From: Eukaryota sp. GEM-RC1
Taxonomy: Eukaryota
Reading direction: 5' to 3'
Length of the DNA: 64,000 bases
Assembly (NCBI GenBank): GCA_040285855.1
Contig: JAUFOQ010000005.1
Location: 1,116,001 to 1,180,000, forward strand
Part shown: piece after piece, positions 25,431-36,162 of the stretch
Layout: every line of letters starts with the position of its first letter
Numbering within the stretch: position 1 is the stretch's first letter
Program-made: the position numbers and the translations under genes
The notes under the pieces: generated by a model
The model's input: only the letters and a program-made list of their open reading frames with translations
Databases searched by the model: none
Told to the model about the DNA's origin: nothing

Positions 25431-25739
25431 TAATTAAAGTTTATTGAATAAATGAACCACAATGTTTTCTTTTTGTTGTTATTAAGTGCTGTAGTTGATA
25501 TTTAGGGGTTTGTTTGGAGAGATTGGTGCATAAGCACATTGTTACGAGAACGATATGTAACAGCTTTCCCTACACTGTACATCGTCAGTACATCATTTAG
25601 GCAGGAGCTATGACCTTAAGCACGGGAAAATCCACTTTGACTGTTGAGAACGAAGAGTGTTTAAGAGGTGTTGACACGTGTCATGTGCTGGCAATTTGTC
25701 ACTTTTCTTCCCACCAAATCATTTGTACCTATTTTCTTA

Positions 25740-27287
25740 ATGGACTTTGCTGATATTAAACAAGAAGCAAACAACCTGTTTCGGTCAGGACAGTACTCTG
25801 AAGCCATATCTCTATACTCTTCTGCTCTTTTAAATGACCCGCCGGCCGAATTCCGAAACACCTTCATTAGTAACAGGTCAATGGCTTATTTCAAACAGAA
25901 CAACTTCTACAGCTCAATGGGAGACTCAGTTTCTCTTCTTCAACATTACCCAGACGCTGACCTCAAACTGATATCAAAGAACTACTACAGAATTCTAGAA
26001 TGCTGTATCCAAATGGCCAATGTAGCGCAGGGAAAGTCTTGGCTCTCGAACCCTCCCAACATTGACCCGTCAATGGCCTCCAATGTCAAACTTCTCAAGT
26101 CAAACATCTCCAAGCTCGAAACTGCCCTCAACAAATGTACAAACGCAATCAAACTCATGAGGCAGGAAGAGCTATCATCTGGAGTAGAAGAGCTCAACTC
26201 ACTTGCCCCACACTCCTTTGAACACCTCTACTTTAACGTCAACCTTTCTCTTATGAAGGGTGAGTTCTCCAATGCTATAAGGCTGGCCGAGGGACAGCTA
26301 CAGAAGAGTCCTAATAGCTCACAAGCTAGGTTTTTAATAGCAGTGTGTTACTGGTGTCATGGAAGTGTTGATAGAAGTAAGGATATATTACGCTCAATTT
26401 TGAATCTGGATCCTGATTTTACTGAAGCAAAAGATTTTTTGAAGAAAATTAAAATTTTGCTAGATTTGAAGGACAAGGGTAACAAAGCTTACTCTTCCGG
26501 TGACCTCGATGCTGCAACTCAGCTCTATACAGATTTCCTTAATCTATCACGGGAAGTTTCCCCCTTTTCTACAATCAGTTCCCAAGTTTATTGTAACAGA
26601 TCCGCGGTCTACATGAAACAATCTAAGTTCGATGAAGCCCTACATGATGCCAACGCAGCTTTAGAAATCAATAACGATTACGCTAAGGCTCTGTCGAGGA
26701 AGGCTCAGTGCGAGTTACAGAGTGGTGATTTCCAGAATGCAGTGTTTTCATTTGAACGCTTAGCTAAGCTGGAACCTTCTAATCCCAAGTACCAACAAGA
26801 TCTACAGTCTGCTAGGAGGATGCTTCAAAGCCATGGTAAGAAGGATCATTATAAGATGCTGGGGGTTGAAAGGAGCGCGACTGCTGATGAGATCAAGAAG
26901 AAGTACAGAAAGGAATCCTTAAAGGTACATCCAGATCGTACAGCTTCCCTACCAGAAGAAGAACGGAAAGCGGCGGAAAAGAAGTTCCAACAGATTAGTG
27001 AGGCATACTCGATTCTAGGAGATGCTGAAAAGAGGCGGCAGTATGACTCTGGTGAGTTGGATAATCCCATGGGTGGCTTTGGAGGAGTGAACATGGGAGG
27101 AATGGGTGGGGGAATGCCCATTGATATTAGTGATCTAATGAGTATGTTTATGGGAGGAGGTGGAGGTGGTGGAAATCCATTTGGCAATATGGGAGGTGGT
27201 AATCCTTTCGGAAACATGGGAGGTGGAGGTCGTGGTGGACAACGAGGTAATCCGTTTGGACCTAATGTTCGAGTAAACTTTGGATAA
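25740..27287 (+). CDS. DNAJC7: TPR-containing J-domain co-chaperone
   Basis: Multiple TPRs, then DHYKMLGV...HPD J-domain and a G/F/M-rich tail. Confidence 0.9.
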   Translation: MDFADIKQEANNLFRSGQYSEAISLYSSALLNDPPAEFRNTFISNRSMAYFKQNNFYSSMGDSVSLLQHYPDADLKLISKNYYRILECCIQMANVAQGKSWLSNPPNIDPSMASNVKLLKSNISKLETALNKCTNAIKLMRQEELSSGVEELNSLAPHSFEHLYFNVNLSLMKGEFSNAIRLAEGQLQKSPNSSQARFLIAVCYWCHGSVDRSKDILRSILNLDPDFTEAKDFLKKIKILLDLKDKGNKAYSSGDLDAATQLYTDFLNLSREVSPFSTISSQVYCNRSAVYMKQSKFDEALHDANAALEINNDYAKALSRKAQCELQSGDFQNAVFSFERLAKLEPSNPKYQQDLQSARRMLQSHGKKDHYKMLGVERSATADEIKKKYRKESLKVHPDRTASLPEEERKAAEKKFQQISEAYSILGDAEKRRQYDSGELDNPMGGFGGVNMGGMGGGMPIDISDLMSMFMGGGGGGGNPFGNMGGGNPFGNMGGGGRGGQRGNPFGPNVRVNFG

Positions 27288-27488
27288 ATCCATTTAGAAT
27301 AAATTTCTCTTATTTTCTAATACAGTAGATGGTTCCTTTAACAGTACATGTACAAGTTTTTTAACAACATACGTACTACATAGGGGCTATTTAGTGGTAC
27401 GTGTTGTTTGTACCAAATATTTGCTCACATTGAAAAAAGAGTAGAAAATTAAAAAACTTTTATAATACACAAACTGAAAGCTTACGAA

Positions 27489-29603
27489 CTAAGCAAAAGT
27501 ATGAGAAAATTTGATAAACCCACATTCCAGATCAATAGGCTTAAGTTCCTTAGGTGGATGAAACTTAATAAAGTGGAACCATTCAGTCATGAAGTCTTGG
27601 AAAAATTTTAAACCTTCAGAGGAAATTGTCCCATATAACATTTCTTGACGAAGAGTTAACACTCTCACTCCTAATTGAGATCGATGAAGGTTCTTAGAAG
27701 TAGATAATAAAGGTTTCAACAATATATCAATAACAATTTCCATTACAGTTCGTATAGATGAGTTATAGTTAACTTTTCTCATAACCAAACCAAATAAATG
27801 ATTAAAAACATCATCACTAACTGGAATTTGACTAATAAGAATTCGCTTATCATTCGTATTAACATATTCGACCAACAGGTCATTAATACTATTATAATGA
27901 TTTTCAAGTATTATTTGAAATAATTGAATACCAGCTTCATTTAGAACACCTTTAAAGAGAGAAATCAACTTCTCAGAGTATCTCCTGCTATTCGCTAGGA
28001 GCCCCCAGTTTCGTTGAAACTCATCTCCAAAGGAAACGTCCAATCCATGCTGAGCATCCGTATTACAATCCCAATGACTGAACTTAGCCAAATGATCACG
28101 ATCTCTTAGGGTACATTGCTGGCCAGCTGGGCAAGCCTTTGGAATGAAACATTTAAGAGGATGGTAAAACCTAAACCTATGATGGGGATCTTGCAAACCT
28201 AGGCAAGATTCCGCGTGACAACATCGAGGGAGATTTGGGAGATGAATAAAGGTGGCACAATGATCAGGATCAGATTTATGGCAACCAGTGTTAGGACACA
28301 CGTGACGGAACTGGCGCAAATGCTCAGATGCAGCTGCAGACCCTGATTGATCACAAAGGGCAATACACGTAAAAGGATTTGAACACACTGGTAGCATTTG
28401 TCCAGCATTAGGGTGAACAGAACAATCGATATTGCCCTGTTGATTATATGTCTCCCAAGAAGAGCTCAAAATCATTGAGAACTGGGGACAGGTCATCTGG
28501 AAAACAACACGAACAGACGGAGGACTCCTCTTGAGTATAAAGTGTTTTAAATGAATTAAAAAATCTCTGTAATTGTGCGGAGTAAGACGAATTTCATCTC
28601 CATTGACAACTAATACTTGAGCATACTCCCCATACGATTGCTGAACCTCTTCTCTCTGCCACAACTCCTTGTGTCTATCAGAGACAATCAAACAATCACA
28701 ATCACTCCAAGGGGTTACTGTGCAAATGATAGGTCGAGGAGCTCTATACTTGTGGGAATACTCCAAGAATAAAGGATTCGTTTCTAAAGATTTGAAGGTA
28801 CGTCTTGAGATCTCCTCCTCGTTGATCAAACCATCTATAATGTCTCTAAACTCGGGATCAACTCTAGTGAAATCGGGCCGTTTATTCTCCTTTTGCTTAT
28901 TGAGACGTTTACAAATATCAGTTACACCGTCATTAGACGATGAGCGATCAGGTAAATAAGGAAAGTATCCCGTACTGATCTCATACAACAAGATTCCCAA
29001 GCAATAGTGGTCAATGTAGGAGGTGTAAGGGATACCATCGGCAACTGTGGAGGGAATGTAGAGGGGAGAAGAGACTTCCTTGGTGTGAAAGACAGAGGAC
29101 ATGATATTGCACCTATCAAAGTCCATTAGGACAATGTTCATGTCATCATCTAAAAGAATGTTCTCTGATTTAATGTCACGGTGACAGATTAGAGCAGTGT
29201 TATGGAGCCAATTAATACAATCAACCATCTGGACAAGGTATCTCCAGACCTGGTCCTTAGAGATAACAGTGCCACTGTGGTAGATCGATCGGATATCGCC
29301 ACTTAGTCGTGGATGTAAGAAATTCTGAAGAGCACCCTTTGAGAAGAAATCCATGATAATGTATCGATGAATGTTATCGGTTTCAAGAGTGTGATAACGG
29401 ATGACTGATGGATGGGAACTGGGGTCCTTGTAGTTTAGTTCTTCACGGCAGGCTTGCTTAAACACTGTTGGTTTATCGCTACTCATTCTTTTGAGAATAG
29501 CATAATTACCAGTGTAGATGTTGACAACTTGAGCAACGTAGACTCCATTCCTGTCCTTCAGTGTGTGTATTTCTTGGAAATCTTCAATAGCATGAGATTT
29601 CAT
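27489..29603 (-). CDS. Divergent Ser/Thr kinase with tandem PBZ-like zinc fingers (full-length copy)
   Basis: AILK, HRDIKSEN, DFD; CPAGQQCTLRDRDHLAKFSH and three related C-C-H-H motifs. Confidence 0.85.
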   Translation of the reverse strand: MKSHAIEDFQEIHTLKDRNGVYVAQVVNIYTGNYAILKRMSSDKPTVFKQACREELNYKDPSSHPSVIRYHTLETDNIHRYIIMDFFSKGALQNFLHPRLSGDIRSIYHSGTVISKDQVWRYLVQMVDCINWLHNTALICHRDIKSENILLDDDMNIVLMDFDRCNIMSSVFHTKEVSSPLYIPSTVADGIPYTSYIDHYCLGILLYEISTGYFPYLPDRSSSNDGVTDICKRLNKQKENKRPDFTRVDPEFRDIIDGLINEEEISRRTFKSLETNPLFLEYSHKYRAPRPIICTVTPWSDCDCLIVSDRHKELWQREEVQQSYGEYAQVLVVNGDEIRLTPHNYRDFLIHLKHFILKRSPPSVRVVFQMTCPQFSMILSSSWETYNQQGNIDCSVHPNAGQMLPVCSNPFTCIALCDQSGSAAASEHLRQFRHVCPNTGCHKSDPDHCATFIHLPNLPRCCHAESCLGLQDPHHRFRFYHPLKCFIPKACPAGQQCTLRDRDHLAKFSHWDCNTDAQHGLDVSFGDEFQRNWGLLANSRRYSEKLISLFKGVLNEAGIQLFQIILENHYNSINDLLVEYVNTNDKRILISQIPVSDDVFNHLFGLVMRKVNYNSSIRTVMEIVIDILLKPLLSTSKNLHRSQLGVRVLTLRQEMLYGTISSEGLKFFQDFMTEWFHFIKFHPPKELKPIDLECGFIKFSHTFA

Positions 29604-29711
29604 TGGTAGGGATGAAGGTCTGAAAAGCAAAAATGCCCACACAGAGCTCGTCTATCAAAAATGCCCACAATGTACCATGCTTTATTTGATAGCTACTTGT
29701 ACTTCTATACC

Positions 29712-30899
29712 TCATCTACAATCGATATTGCCCTGTTGATTATATGTCTCCCAAGAAGAGCTCAAAATCATTGAGAACTGGGGGCAGGTCATCTGGAAAA
29801 CAACACGAACAGACGCAGGACTTCTCTTGAGTATAAAGTGCTTTAAATGAATTAAAAAATCCCTGTAATTTTGAGGTGTAAGACGAATTTCATCTCCATT
29901 GACAACTAATACTTGAGCATACTCCCCATACAACTGCTGAACCTCTTCTCTCTGCCACAACTCCTTGTGTCTATCAGAGACAATCAAACAATCACAATCA
30001 CTCCAAGGAGTTACTGTGCAAATGATAGGTCGAGGAGCTCTGTACTTGTGGGAATACTCCAAGAATAAAGGATTCGTTTCTAAAGATTTGAAGGTACGTC
30101 TTGAGATCTCCTCCTCGTTGATTAAACCATCTATAATGTCTTTAAACTCGGGATCAACTCTAGTGAAATCGGGCCGTTTATTCTCCTTTTGCTTATTGAG
30201 ACGTTTACAAATATCAGTTACACTGTCATTAGACGATGAGCGATCAGGTAAAAAAGGAAAGTATCCCGTACTGATCTCATACAACAAGATTCCCAAGCAA
30301 TAGTAGTCAATGTAGGAGGTGTAAGGGATACCATCGGCAACCTTGGAGGGAATGTAGAGGGGAGAAGAGACTTCCTTGGTGTGAAATACAGAGGACATGA
30401 TATTGCACCTATCAAAGTCCATTAGCACAATGTTCATGTCATCATCTAAAAGAATGTTCTCTGATTTAATGTCACGGTGACAGATTAGAGCAGTGTTGTG
30501 GAGCCAATTAATACAATCAACCATCTGGACAAGGTATCTCCAGACCTGGTCTTTAGATATAACGTTGCCGCTGTAGAAGATCGATCGGATATCGCCGCTC
30601 AGTCGTGGATGTAAGAAATTCTGAAGAGCGCCCTTTGAGAAGAAGTCCATGATAATGTATCGATGAATGTTATCGGTTTCAAGAGTGTGATAACGGATGA
30701 CTGAGGGATGAGAACTGGGGTCCTTGTAGTTTAGTTCTTCACGGCAGGCTTGCTTAAACACTGTTGGTTTATCGCTACTCATTCTTTTGAGAATAGCATA
30801 ATTACCAGTGTAGATGTTGACAACTTGAGCAACGTAGACTCCATTCCTGTCCTTCAGTGTGTGTATTTCTTGGAAATCTTCAACAGCATGAGATTTCAT
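29712..30899 (-). CDS. Truncated tandem duplicate of the kinase (no PBZ region)
   Basis: Near-identical to 28422-29603; ends GNIDCR*. Confidence 0.75.
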   Translation of the reverse strand: MKSHAVEDFQEIHTLKDRNGVYVAQVVNIYTGNYAILKRMSSDKPTVFKQACREELNYKDPSSHPSVIRYHTLETDNIHRYIIMDFFSKGALQNFLHPRLSGDIRSIFYSGNVISKDQVWRYLVQMVDCINWLHNTALICHRDIKSENILLDDDMNIVLMDFDRCNIMSSVFHTKEVSSPLYIPSKVADGIPYTSYIDYYCLGILLYEISTGYFPFLPDRSSSNDSVTDICKRLNKQKENKRPDFTRVDPEFKDIIDGLINEEEISRRTFKSLETNPLFLEYSHKYRAPRPIICTVTPWSDCDCLIVSDRHKELWQREEVQQLYGEYAQVLVVNGDEIRLTPQNYRDFLIHLKHFILKRSPASVRVVFQMTCPQFSMILSSSWETYNQQGNIDCR

Positions 30900-31017
30900 T
30901 GGTTTTGCAAGTAAGGGATGAAGGTCTGAAAAGCAAAAATGCCCACACAGAGCTCGTCTATCAAAAATGCCCACATTGTACCATGCTTTATTTGATAGCT
31001 ACTTGTACTTCTATACC

Positions 31018-32192
31018 TCATCTACAATCGATATTGCCATGTTGATTATATGTCTCCCAAGAAGAGCTCAAAATCATTGAGAACTGGGGGCAGGTCATCT
31101 GGAAAACAACACGAAGAGACGCAGGACTTCTCTTGAGTACAAAGTGCTTTAAATGAATTAAAAAATCCCTGTAATTTTGAGGTGTAAGACGAATTTCATC
31201 TCCATTGACAACTAATACTTGAGCATACTGCCCATACAACTGCTGAACCTCTTCTCTCTGCCAAGACTCCTTGTGTCGATCAGAGACGATCAAACAATCA
31301 CAATCACTCCAAGGAGTTACTGTGCAAATGATAGGTCGAGGAGCTCTGTACTTGTGGGAATACTCCAAGAATAAAGGATTTGTTGCTAAAGATTTGAAGG
31401 TACGTCTTGAGATCTCCTCCTCGTTGATTAAACCATCTATAATGTCTTTAAACTCGGGATCAACTCTATCAAATTCGAGCTTTTGCTTATTGAGACATTT
31501 ACAAATATCAGTTACACCGTCATTAGACGATGAGCGATCAGGTAAAAAGGAAAGTATCCCGTACTGATCTCATACAACAAGATTCCCAAGCAATAGTAGT
31601 CAATGTAGGAGGTGTAAGGGATATCATCGGCAACCGTGGAGGGTATGTAGAGGGGAGAAGAGACTTCCTTGGTGTGAAATACAGAGGACATGATATTGCA
31701 CCTATCAGAGTCCATTAGCACAATGTTCATGTCATCATCTAAAAGAATGTTCTCTGATTTAATGTCACGGTGACAGATTAGAGCAGTGTTGTGGAGCCAA
31801 TTAATACAATCAACCATCTGGACAAGGTATCTCCAGACCTGGTCTTTAGATATAACGTTGCCGCTGTAGAAGATCGATCGGATATCGCCGCTCAGTCGTG
31901 GATGTAAGAAATTCTGAAGAGCGCCCTTTGAGAAGAAGTCCATGATAATGTATCGATGGACGTTATCGGTTTCAAGAGTGTGATAACGGATGACTGAGGG
32001 ATGGGAACTGGGGTCCTTGTAGTTTAGTTCTTCACGGCAGGCTTGCTTAAACACTGTTGGTTTATCGCTACTCATTCTTTTGAGAATGGCATAATTACCA
32101 GTGTAGATGTTGACAACTTGAGCAACGTAGACTCCATTCCTGTCCTTCAGTGTGTGTATTTCTTGGAAATCTTCAATAGCATGAGATTTCAT
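31018..32192 (-). pseudogene. Truncated, frameshifted third kinase copy
   Basis: DFD changed to DSD, frameshift ~31545, short deletion/replacement ~31470. Confidence 0.75.
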
Positions 32193-32778
32193 TGGTTTTG
32201 CAAGTACGGAATGAAGGTCTGAAAATGTTGTATTACCAATTAAAATTGTTCCTTAATAGAATTACAGTATTCACATACTGTACAAGGAAGATTTCATATT
32301 GTCAAGTTGTCATTGTCGGCATGAGCTATAAACACCATTTGGAGGGGTCTAGAAGTTAGACCCAGTTATTTGTCATAGTCATAGCCTTTATTTACTACAG
32401 TGAATCCGTAGCATTATTGAATCTTCGGATTCCGTTTTAAGTGAAGTGTACAAATGTACAGTGTTTTCTCGGTTAAGTGCCACTGATTGGACCGGTACTA
32501 AACCGAAGGATGTCACTAAACTAAGCAAACTAAAATTATTATAGTGTGTGTTGAATATAAATACAGCAACTTTTGCATAAAACATCGTTGAGAACAATTC
32601 CTCCTCTTAAACAACATTAATCTCAATTGTACTCTATTACGAGATTTACCGTATAAAGTTAGTGAACGTGTACTATTCAGTTGACCCTATTCGTGAACTG
32701 ATTAAATTCTAGAAGTGCGAACCAACATTTTTTAAAAATTAAAGGGTTTATACACTTACAAATACACTGTAACAAGGA

Positions 32779-33651
32779 TTAGAAGGATTCAATGTCTTCC
32801 ACATCTTGAAAAAATTCCCTCCGCGCTTGTAGAAAGCGCTGAGGGTCAAATCCAGCGGCAGATAATGCCGCTGGAACTCCAATGTCCAAGATGCGTCCAG
32901 TAGGACGTTTGTTCCCATCAGTACAATTTAAGAATCGCAAATACTCATCCAAAATGAGGTAGCTATTCATCATCACTGAGCTATCCTCAGGAACACAATT
33001 GTTCTCTTTGTGACGATCAATGAAATCAAGGAAATTTTGATCAGAGATTGTGAGATGACGAGCATCTCTGAGCGCTTTCTCTCCCGTGTTTTCCCCATCA
33101 AGAAGTAATACTTGGAAACACTTCCAGCGACACGGCTTAAGTTCAGCAATATGAGAGTTCATGTCTTCATCAATGTTCAAAGAGCACACCACTGTGTTGA
33201 TTTTAAACGAAACACCGTATTTTGCACAGAGATCACGAATACGATACACATCTTCAACATGATTCGCTCCACGCCCAATTTTGCGGTTGACTTCGTCGTT
33301 GAAACTATCGCAGCTAACTGCGATAATGTCAACGTATTCAGCGTACTTTTGGAACCATTCATCAGTGACTTTCGAGCCATTTGTTACAACAGAAACAGTC
33401 TTTGTTGCTAACTGAGTTTTGGCAAACGTCATAAGTTCCCCAATGTAATCAGGATAGAGAAAAGGTTCTCCTCCACACACATTGAGCTTCTGCATCCCAT
33501 GATCTGCGAGCTGGGATAATGCCTTCTGGGCTTCTTCGATGGGTTCCACAAAGCTGGATTTCCTTGTGTGAAAGCAGAATTTGCAAGAAAAATTGCACTT
33601 TCTGGTGAAGTGGTAGTTAACAGACAAGGGCTTCATTGAATCGAGTGTCAT
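32779..33651 (-). CDS. RSAD2: Viperin (radical SAM ddhNTP synthase)
   Basis: SVNYHFTRKCNFSCKFCFH, GGEPF, SVVTNGS, AVSCDSF, FKINTVV, RWKCFQ, SYLILDEYLRFL. Confidence 0.93.
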   Translation of the reverse strand: MTLDSMKPLSVNYHFTRKCNFSCKFCFHTRKSSFVEPIEEAQKALSQLADHGMQKLNVCGGEPFLYPDYIGELMTFAKTQLATKTVSVVTNGSKVTDEWFQKYAEYVDIIAVSCDSFNDEVNRKIGRGANHVEDVYRIRDLCAKYGVSFKINTVVCSLNIDEDMNSHIAELKPCRWKCFQVLLLDGENTGEKALRDARHLTISDQNFLDFIDRHKENNCVPEDSSVMMNSYLILDEYLRFLNCTDGNKRPTGRILDIGVPAALSAAGFDPQRFLQARREFFQDVEDIESF

Positions 33652-34085
33652 TAAAGGAAGATATAACTTCTTCGAATTCCACCAATTTTTAAAATCTGTG
33701 TTCTTCTTATGGCTACCACTACTAGTACTGTCTTCATTTCTAAACAATTTCCCCGAGTTTTTGGCCAACAATCTTCTTCCTACAAAGGTTTGTCACTTAG
33801 TTGTTAACCTAAGATTCTTGGGTTCAATTTCCTGGTGTTTCTGGTACTTGTAACCTTCGAATAGTAAAATATCCTTCTCAGTTCCTCTTCGAGTTTGCTG
33901 CACCTTCATCTCCTGAACAAGTCCTGCTTTCAGCTCCCTGTCAACTGGCTTATTTCCAGTCTCCAGCTAATCTTGTTCTTCGAGAAACAATAAAACAAAG
34001 GAAAATATGGGTCCGATTTGCTGATTTTTCTCAAGACAAAGCCATAACTTCCTTCATCAACAAAGCTAAAAAGTTAGCCAATACA

Positions 34086-35575
34086 ATGCATGGGAATTCA
34101 TCCTCATTAGAACAGAACAACATAGACTTTGGTGCAGAGTCTACCCCATTTGGATTCACCCCAGTCAAAGTCTTATCAGATCTTCTCCTTGACGAGGAAC
34201 TTTCTGATCAAGAAATAATCTTTCAGGATGATGTTTTCAATGTCAATCGATCTGTTCTTGCTCTCAACTGCAATTTCTTCCGTGACCTTTGGTTCTTAGA
34301 CTTTAAAGACAAACATGAATATTCGCTGGACCTCTCCAATCTCCCTGTTTCTCCATCTTCCTTTACTAGTTTCATCCACTCTGTGTACGGTCAAGATGCG
34401 GAGATTAACTCTCATAACGCCTATGAGATCTACTATTTATCTCACTACTTTAAATGCGACGCTCTTTCTTCCCAAATCACCTCAACCTTGAACTCTTCCC
34501 TGTTAAACTCCCAGTACTTATCTTCCTTCATCTCAAAAGCCAACAAAGAGGATGATCTTCGTGCACTTTTGTTTGCAGGTCCTTTCATTCAGAAAGTCTC
34601 TTCACTTACTACTCTTTGTCTTTCCACTTCTTTTCTTGTTTCCATTAATGAGCACGAGTTTTGTGGATCTAAAGAAAGTCTTTGTTGGTTTGTCAAATGT
34701 CTGGTGAAGTCAATAGAAGAAGATTCTTTTGATTGTTCAGAATTGGAAGCTACTTTAAATTCGCTCAAAATTGAATTGATTGGATGGAATGATTGGAACG
34801 ATCTGTTACTCTCCCCACTCGAAAAATTTGAAAAACTTGAATCAATTTTGATGAAATTTCATTTTAAAAGACTCCGCGTTCAATTTACTGACAACGATTT
34901 CCCTACGACTCAGAAGAAGAACCCGCAGCTTCAACCACCAGCACCTGTTACAAGGCCTTTACCGTTGGCTTTGAAGAGAGCAATCACTCAAGGACAGAGT
35001 ACTGCAGGGAAGGTGTTGGAGAAGGAGCATAATCTTGACTTACTTAAAGAACAATGTCATGGACTTCTAAAGGATGTTTTGACTGGTCTTAATGAGATTG
35101 ACAAACAAGAAATTGATTATGAACGTAAATTTGGAGATAAGTGGAGAAACCAACAAATCCGCCAAGGACTTCGCAACCTTCTTACTGAAACCCATCGACT
35201 TAAAACTGTCAGTGACGATGCTGACTCAAGTGACAAGAAGGTTAAGGGCAAGATTGATGCTCACCGTAACTACATTGTTCAAATTAGTCAGGGTGCTGAT
35301 ACAGTTGAGAGAAAGTTACCTGTTGATAGTGAAAAGTCTTTATCCAGTATCAGGAGGCTCTCAAGGCATTGAATGCTATGAAGAGTAATGTAGATAACGG
35401 ATTTAAGTTCTATAATCGTTTGTTGCAGAAATTTGTTCAACTGTCTGATAATTTCTCTGGATTCCAGTCGATGAGGCTAATTCAAGTTCAGGAACTTGCT
35501 GGGTATTTAACATCTCAGTATAGTAATGTTTATCAGGGTCATTCTGATGCACCTCCACCTCCAACTTATTTCTAG
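34086..35575 (+). CDS. BTB/POZ protein with ALIX V-domain-like C-terminus (two ORFs joined near 35340)
   Basis: SDQEIIFQDDVFNVNRSVLALNCNFFRDL BTB; YERKFGDKWR...SDKKV and YQEALKAL..NVDNGFKFYNRL resemble the Bro1/ALIX V region. Confidence 0.65.
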
Positions 35576-36162
35576 ACATTCTTTTTTTTGAACATTTGTA
35601 GACGCCAAGTTATTTGGTGGTAACTATTTGGGTAGTTTCTTTTAATAGTTATTATTTATGTTTAGTTTCTGATTGTTTCAGTTCTAAAATGCGCTTTTTC
35701 GGTTCCTAATTGTTTTTAAATAACTTATACTGTAAGAGTTTGTTTGCAACAATAAATTAATACATACTAATTTAGAAAATGAAAGAAGTTAAATTCTCCG
35801 CATCAACACGAGAATTGTCCCTATACAACTTCGAATAAATGGAACATAAATACTTGGGAATGCTTCTATAAAGAGCAAACATAATTCGATTAATCCATAC
35901 AGCGCTATTAAACACCTTGCCATTAGAACGACATAAAAGACTAAAATCACTGAAAAACTTTAAACCGGCTCGACCAATATTCCCAAAAATTGAAATTGCT
36001 AATGGAATAAATGAAAACTTAGAGTATTGATTTTATATTAAGCTTCTTCAAAGCATCCGCCAGTGGTCACACTCGTAATAGACTACACTGTATGGTAAAC
36101 GATAAATTCGAATATTGTGCAGTTGGTGTGATTGATTCTTCACTGTATTGGTTCTTCGACTC

